Source: Candidatus Iainarchaeum sp. (GTDB taxonomy: Archaea; Iainarchaeota; Iainarchaeia; Iainarchaeales; 0-14-0-20-34-12). Taken from it: DNA of 32,000 nt. The notes under the pieces are model-generated. The model was given only the letters and a program-made list of their open reading frames with translations, was not told the DNA's origin and did not search any database. The position numbers and the translations under genes are program-made. Of this stretch, positions 15,307 to 22,872 are shown one piece after another (position 1 is the stretch's first letter; each line of letters opens with the position of its first letter). The stretch lies in the NCBI GenBank assembly GCA_030649345.1, contig JAUSKK010000036.1, forward strand, positions 2,024-34,023. The letters run 5' to 3'.

Positions 15307-15501
15307 ACGGTAAAAGGAAAAGCTTGTAGAAATTGTAGAAAAGTAATTGAAGAAGGAAGTAATTGCCCCAACTGCAATAGCACAGCTTTCACAACTTTTT
15401 GGAAAGGATATGTAATCATTGTAAAACCAGAACAATCGGAAATTGCCAAACGCATGGGCATTAAAACAACCGGAATGCATGCTTTGCGATTAAGCAGATA
15501 A
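15304..15501 (+). CDS. spt4: Transcription elongation factor Spt4 (RpoE'')
   Basis: 65 aa. Zinc ribbon CRNC..CPNC followed by WKGYVIIVKPEQSEIAKRMGI, the Spt4 NGN-binding signature. Confidence 0.88.
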   Translation: MTVKGKACRNCRKVIEEGSNCPNCNSTAFTTFWKGYVIIVKPEQSEIAKRMGIKTTGMHALRLSR

Positions 15502-15516
15502 TTTTGAGGTGAAAAT

Positions 15517-15858
15517 TTGAAAGTAAATTTTATTGAAGAAAAAAACAATCTATTATTGGGAAGAAAAGAAATCCAATTTGAAATTGAAGAAATGAACACT
15601 GTCCCCAGCCGAAGCGAGGTATGCAAAAAAATCTCTTCACTCAAAGGAGCTGAAGAAGGATTAACCGTAATTGAAAAAATTGGTCATTATTTTGGACGAA
15701 AAAAAATTACTGGATTTGCTAAAATTTATTCCAGCAAAGAAGCTTTGCAAAAAATAGAACAAGAACATATTTTAGACCGACATTTACCGAAAGCAGAACG
15801 AAAACAAAAACAAGAACAAAAAAAGGCCGCAGCGGCTACAACGAAAAAAAGTAAATAA
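15517..15858 (+). CDS. rps24e: 30S ribosomal protein eS24 (S24e)
   Basis: 113 aa. NLLLGRKEIQFEIEEMNTVPSRSEV..KIS...FG is the S24e pattern. TTG start with GAGGTG upstream. Confidence 0.88.
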   Translation: MKVNFIEEKNNLLLGRKEIQFEIEEMNTVPSRSEVCKKISSLKGAEEGLTVIEKIGHYFGRKKITGFAKIYSSKEALQKIEQEHILDRHLPKAERKQKQEQKKAAAATTKKSK

Positions 15859-15878
15859 AAAAAATTAGGTGAACACGT

Positions 15879-16079
15879 ATGGCAGAACGAGAACGAAAAG
15901 GAAAAAAAGTACACAAACCAAAAAAGAAAATGAAAAAACACACGTACTATAAAATCAGTGAAACTACGATAACACGAAGCAAGAAAGCTTGCCCGAAATG
16001 CGGTGCTGGAGTTTTCTTAGCAGAGCATAAAAATCGCTCAACGTGTGGTACCTGCAAGTACACAGAAATGAAAAACTAA
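15879..16079 (+). CDS. rps27ae: 30S ribosomal protein eS31 (S27ae)
   Basis: 66 aa. CPKCGAGVFLAEHKNRSTCGTCKYT zinc ribbon. AGGTGA upstream. Confidence 0.9.
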   Translation: MAERERKGKKVHKPKKKMKKHTYYKISETTITRSKKACPKCGAGVFLAEHKNRSTCGTCKYTEMKN

Positions 16080-16086
16080 GTTTATT

Positions 16087-16635
16087 ATGACTTTTTATTT
16101 TTTGGATATCTTGTTGTACGGTGTACCGTTTCTTTTTTTATTTTTTCAACAAAAACAAAAATTGGAAATTGAATCATTTAAACAAAATGCAGAAACCCTT
16201 GGATTTAAAAAAATTGAATTCAAAAAACTCGCCCAGCAAACTGGACAGTTAATTGTACTTTTACTAATTGTAAATTTTGCTTTAGCATTTGTATTTTCTT
16301 TATTGAATTTAAATGACTTAGATAAAGTAGTCCAAACCATAAATCAAATTAAAGAAACCAGTCCAATGCTTTTAGTATACTTATTAACCATTCGGGTAAT
16401 TGGAGAAGAAATATTTTTCCGTGGTTTCTTGGTTCCACGCAGTGGAATACTTTTTTCAACCATTTTTTTTGCTTTAGGGCATATAGGATTTGGTTCCATT
16501 ACAGAAGTTGTTGGAGCTTTTATTTTAGGCGGAATTTTAGCGTATTGGTTTCAAAAATACCAAAATTTGTACGTGAATATTTCAGCCCATTTGTTTTACA
16601 ATTTTTTTTTAATCAGTTTATTGAACGGAGTATAA
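16087..16635 (+). CDS. CPBP-family intramembrane metalloprotease (CAAX protease/Abi-like)
   Basis: 182 aa, multi-pass membrane protein. GEEIFFRGFL (EExxxR), FFALGH (FxxxH) and a distal SAHLFYN His motif. Confidence 0.8.
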   Translation: MTFYFLDILLYGVPFLFLFFQQKQKLEIESFKQNAETLGFKKIEFKKLAQQTGQLIVLLLIVNFALAFVFSLLNLNDLDKVVQTINQIKETSPMLLVYLLTIRVIGEEIFFRGFLVPRSGILFSTIFFALGHIGFGSITEVVGAFILGGILAYWFQKYQNLYVNISAHLFYNFFLISLLNGV

Positions 16636-16636
16636 T

Positions 16637-17248
16637 ATGAGAACTAGAATTATTTCACACATAGAACCTGAAGCTTTAGAGCTTGCAGTCAAAATTTTGA
16701 AAAAACAAGGCTTGGTTATTTTTCCTACAGAAAGCAGTTATGGTTTAGGGTGCTTGTTGAATAACCAAAATGGCAGAAGAAAAATTTATAAAATTAAAAA
16801 AAGAAGCCAACACAAAAGTTTGCCGGTGATTACAGGAAATGTCAAAATTATTTCCAAATACGCAGAATTAACTCAAGAAGATAAAAAATTAATCAAAAAA
16901 TTTATGCCTGGCCCTTTAAGTTTGCTGGTGAAAGCAAAACCTAAAGCACCCAAAGAATTTCAAAAAAATGGAATTGTTTTTCGGGTTTCCAGCAATGCAT
17001 TTGCCAGAAATTTAAGTTTGAAAACAAACCAGCCAATCATTAGCACCAGCGCCAATATATCCAGCAAACCTTCGGCATATACTTTGAGTGAAGTAATCCG
17101 ATTGTTTGCAGGACGAGTTGATTTAATTGTAGAAGCAGGAAATTTAAAAAAACGAACAGCCAGCACAATTTATGATACAAAAAACAAAAAGGTTATTCGA
17201 AAAGGACCTGTAACTGAAAAAGAAATTTTGAACGTGATTGAAAAATGA
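16637..17248 (+). CDS. sua5: L-threonylcarbamoyladenylate synthase (Sua5/TsaC/YrdC domain only)
   Basis: 203 aa. VIFPTESSYGLGC, K..KKRSQHKSLPVI, GPLSLLV and ISTSANISS are YrdC-fold motifs. Its stop overlaps the kae1 ATG (ATGA at 17245-17248). Confidence 0.88.
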   Translation: MRTRIISHIEPEALELAVKILKKQGLVIFPTESSYGLGCLLNNQNGRRKIYKIKKRSQHKSLPVITGNVKIISKYAELTQEDKKLIKKFMPGPLSLLVKAKPKAPKEFQKNGIVFRVSSNAFARNLSLKTNQPIISTSANISSKPSAYTLSEVIRLFAGRVDLIVEAGNLKKRTASTIYDTKNKKVIRKGPVTEKEILNVIEK

Positions 17249-18231
17249 TTGCACTTGGAATTGAATCAACGGCTCATACATTCGGAATTGGAATTGTGGA
17301 TTCTAAAGGAAAAGTCTTGGCCAATGAAAAAGATACCTTAAAGCCAAAAGATAAAGGATTGATTCCCAGAGAATTGGCAGAGCATCATTTTCAAGTCAGT
17401 GAACGAATACTAAGACAAGCTTTAGATAAAGCTGAAGTTAAATTAAGTGAAATTGATTTAATTGGTTTTTCTCAAGGCCCAGGAATTGGAAATGCTTTAC
17501 GCATTGGAGCTACTGTAGGACGTGCGCTTTCTTTGAAATTGAACAAGCCTTTGGCTCCAGTCAATCATTGCATTGCCCATATTGAAATTGGAAAAAAGAA
17601 AACCAAAGCAAAAGATCCTGTGGTTGTGTATGCCAGCGGAGCGAATACACAAATTATTACTTTAAGCAATGAAAGATACCGAATTTTTGGAGAAACATTA
17701 GATATTGGAATTGGAAACATGATGGATTCATTTGGCCGAGAGTTAGGTTTAGGATTTCCAGCTGGTCCAATTTTAGATCAATGGTATTTTTTAGGAAAAA
17801 AATATATTCCTTTACCGTATACAGTCAAAGGAAGTGATTTGGTTTTTTCTGGACTGCAAACTGCAGCAGAACGAATGATTGGAAAAGAAACCCAAGAAGA
17901 TTTAGCTTACAGTTTATTACATACTGGTTTTGCTATGTTAACTGAAGTTACTGAAAGAGTATTGGCACATACTGGAAAAAAAGAAGTCTTATTGGTGGGA
18001 GGCGTAGCTGCCAGCAAAGCATTGAATCAAATGATGGACACCATGTGCGAAGAAAGAAATGCAAAAAAATTTGTCCCAGAAGTACAATTTTGCACAGACA
18101 ACGGAGCCATGATTGCTTGGACTACTCATTTGGTTTACAAAAGCCAAGGAAAAATTTCCATAAAAGAATCGGAAATCAAGCCCAAGCAACGTACGGACGA
18201 TGTTGTTCCGAAATGGATTCAAAAAAAATAA
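17245..18231 (+). CDS. kae1: tRNA N6-adenosine threonylcarbamoyltransferase Kae1 (KEOPS catalytic subunit)
   Basis: 328 aa. ALGIESTAHTFGIGIV, NHCIAHIEIG (metal His pair), SGANTQI, VGGVAASKAL and CTDNGAMIAW. Confidence 0.93.
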   Translation: MIALGIESTAHTFGIGIVDSKGKVLANEKDTLKPKDKGLIPRELAEHHFQVSERILRQALDKAEVKLSEIDLIGFSQGPGIGNALRIGATVGRALSLKLNKPLAPVNHCIAHIEIGKKKTKAKDPVVVYASGANTQIITLSNERYRIFGETLDIGIGNMMDSFGRELGLGFPAGPILDQWYFLGKKYIPLPYTVKGSDLVFSGLQTAAERMIGKETQEDLAYSLLHTGFAMLTEVTERVLAHTGKKEVLLVGGVAASKALNQMMDTMCEERNAKKFVPEVQFCTDNGAMIAWTTHLVYKSQGKISIKESEIKPKQRTDDVVPKWIQKK

Positions 18232-18241
18232 ACTCGCCAAA

Positions 18242-18901
18242 TTATGCAGAATCAAAAGAATAAAAAGCACTATCTTTATTTGTAAATTCATCTAAATCTG
18301 AAATTAATTCTGCACTATTTTTGTAATTACTGGCATTAATCAACAAGTGAAAGCCATGCTTTTTTTCTTTCATTTTGAAAAGGTTTTCCAAGTAAACTAT
18401 ATTGTCCTTTTTATCAGAAGATACTGCAACCTTAAAGGAACAATTTAGACTTGTAGCTAGAAAAGAATATTCAATTGCACGAATAATAAAATGTGGCCGC
18501 ATATATGTACCGTTTTCAACACTGGCTTGAATGAATTCATTCGGATTTTTTAAAAGCAAACAATAAGTGTGATTATTCATTTTAGCAATCAACACAATAT
18601 TAATCCGTTTTAGTTCAGTGCTTATACCTTGCGGGTTTGCAAAAACAAGTTTGTCTAAATATACTGTAATAATGGGTGCTATTTGCTGAATGGATTTTCG
18701 AGTTACAAAAAGATAAAAAAACACGAATGAAAATAATACCAACAAAGGCAAAACTGCAAGAAACGGTACTACAGTAGAAGTCTTAGCACTTGGAATAAAA
18801 GCCAAGGCAATGTAAAAAACTATTGCAATAAAACTAAAGACAGTAAAAACATCGCGTACAAAAAAACTTGGATAATAGATCTTGAGATCTTGTGAGTGCA
18901 T
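18242..18901 (-). CDS. Membrane protein (N-terminal TM helices plus ~130-aa soluble C-terminal domain), function unknown
   Basis: 219 aa. Hydrophobic segments at about 15-40 and 45-70. No motif recognised. Last gene of a three-gene minus-strand unit. Confidence 0.55.
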   Translation of the reverse strand: MHSQDLKIYYPSFFVRDVFTVFSFIAIVFYIALAFIPSAKTSTVVPFLAVLPLLVLFSFVFFYLFVTRKSIQQIAPIITVYLDKLVFANPQGISTELKRINIVLIAKMNNHTYCLLLKNPNEFIQASVENGTYMRPHFIIRAIEYSFLATSLNCSFKVAVSSDKKDNIVYLENLFKMKEKKHGFHLLINASNYKNSAELISDLDEFTNKDSAFYSFDSA

Positions 18902-18921
18902 ACAGATCTAAATACTTAGAA

Positions 18922-19449
18922 TTATTTTTCTGAACGAAAGCTAGCAGTATATTGATAGAGTTTTAAAAAAACTGCCAAAATTACAATAAAGATTCCAACA
19001 TTCAAAGCATACGAGTAGGGCTGAACGATTCCATAATTTTCCCAGTTAATAAAAGTTAATTCTGGATCCAAATAAGCTGCAATCGCGTAAGCTATAAAAA
19101 AAGCAAACACAATTTCAATTATAATCAAAGCCAAGACTCGGGGATCGTTTTTTGCATTTTTTAATTTTTGCTGCACAGCATCTTTCAATGTTTTGCCGGC
19201 CAAAACTTGGATATCATAGGCTTGGGTTTGTTTTTTTTTCAAAACAAAATACACGGCAATAAATGTGAACAAAGAAAGGCCGGCTAAAAATAAATATTCT
19301 GGCGAAAAATTAAATGAAACTGTCCGCTCAAAGACATTGATTTGAATAATTTGAATTAAAGAATAAATAAATGAAACCAGCAAAGCAAACTCCATGAGCA
19401 CAATAGCAATAACTTTTTTGTTTGCTTGAATGGTTTCAATTGCTTGCAT
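18922..19449 (-). CDS. Four-TM membrane protein, function unknown
   Basis: 175 aa with four clear hydrophobic helices. A 20-nt gap separates it from the next gene and 32 nt from the wHTH gene. Confidence 0.55.
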   Translation of the reverse strand: MQAIETIQANKKVIAIVLMEFALLVSFIYSLIQIIQINVFERTVSFNFSPEYLFLAGLSLFTFIAVYFVLKKKQTQAYDIQVLAGKTLKDAVQQKLKNAKNDPRVLALIIIEIVFAFFIAYAIAAYLDPELTFINWENYGIVQPYSYALNVGIFIVILAVFLKLYQYTASFRSEK

Positions 19450-19481
19450 TGTTTAAACTTAGGAAACCGGAATATAAAAAA

Positions 19482-19913
19482 CTAGTCTTCGATTTCCAAG
19501 CCAAATTTTTGATCCAATTCTCGTGCAGTTTCTTCCATTCTTCTAAAAATTAAGTTCACTTCTTCTTGAATTTCTTTAATCGTACGAGACATACTTCGCG
19601 AACGCGCTAAATAAAATCTTCCTTCTCGAACAATTAAGCCAGAAAGCAAAAGCTTATTCAAATGATTAATCACAGCACCGCGAGACATATTTACTTTATC
19701 CGCAATTTCTGGACAAGTCAAAAGCTTGCCTTGCTCAGTAGCTTGAACAAGTACTCGAAAAATAGCAAAAGCCAACTTGTCTTTGTCAATGGGTTCAAAT
19801 AAACCAAAACTTTGACAAATCCAACCCAGCTCTTGTTCTACATCATGCTGAAAAGGCTGTTCTATACGTTTAATAACTATTTTAAACGAAGTACGGCGCA
19901 CAGTCATATACAA
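19482..19913 (-). CDS. Winged-helix DNA-binding protein (ArsR/MarR-like), divergent from grpE
   Basis: 143 aa. LTCPEIADKVNMSRGAVINHLNKLLLSGLIVREGRFY is a helix-turn-helix plus wing pattern, followed by a C-terminal helical tail. The alternative start is M3. Confidence 0.6.
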   Translation of the reverse strand: MYMTVRRTSFKIVIKRIEQPFQHDVEQELGWICQSFGLFEPIDKDKLAFAIFRVLVQATEQGKLLTCPEIADKVNMSRGAVINHLNKLLLSGLIVREGRFYLARSRSMSRTIKEIQEEVNLIFRRMEETARELDQKFGLEIED

Positions 19914-19945
19914 GTACTCTTAATGGAATAAATTTAAAAACATTT

Positions 19946-19973
19946 TGATTAAACAGTTTGATAAATGATTAAA
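19946..19973. promoter_or_regulatory. Repeated TGATTAAA half-sites in the divergent wHTH/grpE promoter region
   Basis: TGATTAAA at 19946-19953 and 19966-19973 (20-bp spacing), and TGATAAA at 19959-19965. An ATTTAAAAA TATA-like box at 19932-19940 is shared by both directions. Confidence 0.35.
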
Positions 19974-19999
19974 GAGTTTAGACAAATAAGGTAGTTTTT

Positions 20000-20566
20000 A
20001 TGACTTTTGAAACAAAAAGCAATGAAAAAGAAGGAATGGAAAGCCCAACACCTGAAAATAACCGTCCAAGCGAAAATAATGAAGAATTCAATGCATTAAT
20101 GACTAAAAAACAGGCTGAGATGCAGGATTATATCAATGATTTAAAGCGGTTACAGGCCGATTTTGAGAACTATCGAAAGAGGGTAGAACGCGAGCGAACA
20201 GAATATGTAAAGCATGCCAATTTTGGATTTTTGCGAGAAATATTGGCTTTATTGGATTCAGTTCAATCAGCAGTTCATAAACTGGAAAATGAAAAAGAAT
20301 TCAATCAAGGAAAAGCCGTGCATGGTTTGCAGTTATTGGAAAAACAATTTAAAGAATTTTTAAAAAAACACGGAGTGCATGAAATCCAAGCACAAAATTG
20401 TAAATGTGATCCTGCAGTACATGAAGTTGTATTGCAAGGAACAGATAATTCAAAACCAGATGAAATGATTTTGGAAGAATTGCAAAAAGGATATCTATTG
20501 CATGACAAAGTTTTACGGTCAGCAAAAGTAAAAGTCAACAAATTAGATAGTAAAATTGAAAAATAA
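20000..20566 (+). CDS. grpE: Nucleotide exchange factor GrpE
   Basis: 188 aa. LKRLQADFENYRKRVERE and the C-terminal beta domain GYLLHDKVLRSAKVKV. Confidence 0.92.
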   Translation: MTFETKSNEKEGMESPTPENNRPSENNEEFNALMTKKQAEMQDYINDLKRLQADFENYRKRVERERTEYVKHANFGFLREILALLDSVQSAVHKLENEKEFNQGKAVHGLQLLEKQFKEFLKKHGVHEIQAQNCKCDPAVHEVVLQGTDNSKPDEMILEELQKGYLLHDKVLRSAKVKVNKLDSKIEK

Positions 20567-20613
20567 TTATAAAATTTGAAAAATAAAAGTATGATTTTTG
20601 AAGGTGGTATGAA

Positions 20614-22500
20614 ATGAGTAAAGTAATTGGAATCGATTTAGGAACCAGTAATTCAGCAGCTGCAGTCTTGGAAGCAGGAAAACCAAAAATTATTCCAAGC
20701 GCAGAAGGAACTTCTTTATACGGAAAAGCATTTCCAAGTGTTGTGGCATTCACAAAAGATGACCAAGTTTTGGTGGGTGAACCGGCACGCAGACAAGCTG
20801 TCAGTAATCCAGATAAAACAATTATGGCAGCCAAGCGAAAAATGGGAACTACTTTCAAATACAAGATTGGCTCGAAAGAATTTACGCCTCAACAAATTAG
20901 TGCATTTATTTTACAGAAAATTAAAAAAGACGCAGAAGAATTTTTAGGCGAAAAAGTAGAAAAAGCTGTAATCACTGTGCCAGCTTATTTTGATGACAAT
21001 CAAAGACAAGCAACCAAAGATGCAGGAGAAATTGCAGGCTTGGAAGTTATTCGAATTATTAATGAACCCACAGCTGCTGCTTTAGCCTATGGCTTAGATA
21101 AAAGCAATCAAGACATGAAAATTTTAGTATTCGATTTCGGCGGCGGAACATTGGATGTAACTGTAATGGAATTAGGCCATGGAGTCTTTGAAGTCAAATC
21201 AACCAGCGGAGACACTCAATTGGGCGGCACAGACATGGATAAAATTTTAGTGGATTATTTGGTGGCAGAATTCAAAAAAGAACAAGCTGTTGATTTAAGC
21301 AAAGACAGTGTAGCTATGCAGAGATTACGAGAAGCTGCAGAAAAAGCCAAAATTGAATTAAGTACAGTTTTGGATACACAAATTAATTTACCGTACATTA
21401 CAGCTACTCCGGAAGGCCCGAAACATTTGGCCCTGAGTTTAACAAGATCAAAATTAGAACAATTGGTCGAGCCCTTAATTCATAGATGCGAAAAACCAGT
21501 CCAGCAAGCTTTGGCGGATGCCAAAGTATCCCCGGGAGATGTAGCTAAAATTATTTTAGTCGGCGGACCAACCCGAATGCCTGCAGTACAAAAGTTTGTG
21601 GAAAAAATTACAGGAGCCAAACCAGAACGAGGCATTGACCCAATGGAATGTGTAGCTATGGGTGCAGCCATTCAAGCCGGAGTTTTAGCTGGAGAAGTTA
21701 AAGATGTTTTATTATTGGACGTAACACCCCTAAGTTTAGGAATTGAAACCTTGGGTGGAGTGTTTACTCATTTAATTGAACGCAATACAACCATTCCAAC
21801 CAAAAAAACTCAAATATTTAGCACAGCTGCAGACAACCAAAATGCAGTAGATATTCATATCCTGCAAGGAGAAAGACCTATGGCAGTAGACAACAAAAGT
21901 TTGGGCAGATTTATTTTAGATGGAATTCCTCCAGCACCTCGCGGTGTTCCACAAGTTGAAGTCATGTACGATATTGATGCCAACGGAATTTTGGATGTTA
22001 AAGCCAAAGATTTAGGCACAGGCAAAGAAAAAAGCATCAAAATTGTTTCTCCGCAAAAATTGGATAAAGAAGAAATTGAGCGAATGAAGCAGGAAGCGGA
22101 AAAGTTTGCAGAAGCGGATCAAAAGAAAAAAGAAGAGATTGAAACTTTGAATATGGCAGACAACACAGTTTATGGGACTGAAAAGGTGTTGAAAGAATTG
22201 AGCGGGAAAATTTCTGCAGAACAAGAAACAGAAATTAAAGAAAAAAATGAAACATTAAGAAAATTAGTAAACGAGCCAACCAAAGATGTTGCAAAAATTA
22301 AAACAGCTTTAGATGACTTGAATGCATTCGTGCAAAAAATCAGTACAGAAATGTATCAAAAAGCCGGAGAACAATACCAGCAACAAAATCAAGGAGAACA
22401 AGGAAATCCCGGACAAGAAGAAGAACACAAGCACAAAAAGAAAAACAAAGACGGAAAAGTGGTTGACGCGGAGTTTAAGGAAGACGAAAGCAAACAATAG
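20614..22500 (+). CDS. dnaK: Chaperone DnaK (Hsp70), bacterial type
   Basis: 628 aa. [56 protein letters not shown] and [15 protein letters not shown] lies 7 nt upstream. Confidence 0.97.
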   Translation: MSKVIGIDLGTSNSAAAVLEAGKPKIIPSAEGTSLYGKAFPSVVAFTKDDQVLVGEPARRQAVSNPDKTIMAAKRKMGTTFKYKIGSKEFTPQQISAFILQKIKKDAEEFLGEKVEKAVITVPAYFDDNQRQATKDAGEIAGLEVIRIINEPTAAALAYGLDKSNQDMKILVFDFGGGTLDVTVMELGHGVFEVKSTSGDTQLGGTDMDKILVDYLVAEFKKEQAVDLSKDSVAMQRLREAAEKAKIELSTVLDTQINLPYITATPEGPKHLALSLTRSKLEQLVEPLIHRCEKPVQQALADAKVSPGDVAKIILVGGPTRMPAVQKFVEKITGAKPERGIDPMECVAMGAAIQAGVLAGEVKDVLLLDVTPLSLGIETLGGVFTHLIERNTTIPTKKTQIFSTAADNQNAVDIHILQGERPMAVDNKSLGRFILDGIPPAPRGVPQVEVMYDIDANGILDVKAKDLGTGKEKSIKIVSPQKLDKEEIERMKQEAEKFAEADQKKKEEIETLNMADNTVYGTEKVLKELSGKISAEQETEIKEKNETLRKLVNEPTKDVAKIKTALDDLNAFVQKISTEMYQKAGEQYQQQNQGEQGNPGQEEEHKHKKKNKDGKVVDAEFKEDESKQ

Positions 22501-22502
22501 TG
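22461..22502 (+). repeat. Direct repeat copy 1: last 12 codons plus TAG of dnaK
   Basis: GGTTGACGCGGAGTTTAAGGAAGACGAAAGCAAACAATAGTG matches 22595-22636 at 41/42. Confidence 0.95.
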
Positions 22503-22594
22503 CTGAACGCAGTGAAGCACTACGACCTACCAACCGCGCGATTAAAACGCAGCGTTTTAATGCGCATTTAAACAAAAGTTTAAATCGCGTCCGC
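22503..22594 (+). repeat. GC-rich structured insert, copy I3 of the two-stem element
   Basis: Short stem AGTG-AAG-CACT at 22511-22521. Core is GCACTACG-ACCTA-CCAACCG at 22517-22536. The outer stem CAACCGCG 22531-22538 / CGCGGTTG 22592-22599 reaches into repeat copy 2. It encloses the hairpins ATTAAAAC/GTTTTAAT (22541-22561) and ATTTAAAC-AAAA-GTTTAAAT (22566-22585). Confidence 0.75.
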
Positions 22595-22636
22595 GGTTGA
22601 CGCGGAGTTTAAGGAAGACGAGAGCAAACAATAGTG
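22595..22636 (+). repeat. Direct repeat copy 2 of the dnaK 3' end
   Basis: The single difference (A 22488 versus G 22622) is GAA>GAG, synonymous in the dnaK frame. Confidence 0.95.
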
Positions 22637-22665
22637 GAAAAGATAGAACAAATGGAGTTGGTCAT

Positions 22666-22794
22666 ATGAATCCTGAAGTGAAAGCAAAAAAAGTTGAACC
22701 TGTTTTGAAGAATCAACCGAAAGCAGAAGATGTAGTTATTCTTGGCCAAGCAAAAAAATCAAGAGATTACTTGAATAACTTTATGGCAGCATAA
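22666..22794 (+). CDS. Small hypothetical ORF (42 aa) between dnaK and dnaJ
   Basis: MNPEVKAKKVEPVLKNQPKAEDVVILGQAKKSRDYLNNFMAA, with GGAG about 8 nt upstream. The longer 22597 start lies inside the duplicated dnaK tail and is unlikely. No recognisable family, so it may be non-coding. Confidence 0.25.
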   Translation: MNPEVKAKKVEPVLKNQPKAEDVVILGQAKKSRDYLNNFMAA

Positions 22795-22812
22795 TTAATC
22801 AGGTAGAAATCA

Positions 22813-22872
22813 ATGGTTCCAAAATTCTTTTGAATTTTGAAACTTTAAAAAATAAAGGAATTTTTTAATGGC
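22813..22872 (+). promoter_or_regulatory. 60-nt upstream cassette, copy B, ending in the dnaJ start
   Basis: 50/60 identical to 12234-12293. Stem CAAAATTC/GAATTTTG at 22820-22839 with a TTTT loop. Followed by AAACTTTAAAAAA, then T6-AATGGC. Confidence 0.7.

Noticed and set aside
9251-22636. Diversity-generating retroelement (template/variable repeat pairs at gene 3' ends)
   Set aside because: The repeats are short (24-42 nt) and near-identical. The differences are not adenine-specific, the targets are conserved housekeeping tails, and no reverse transcriptase ORF is present in the window.
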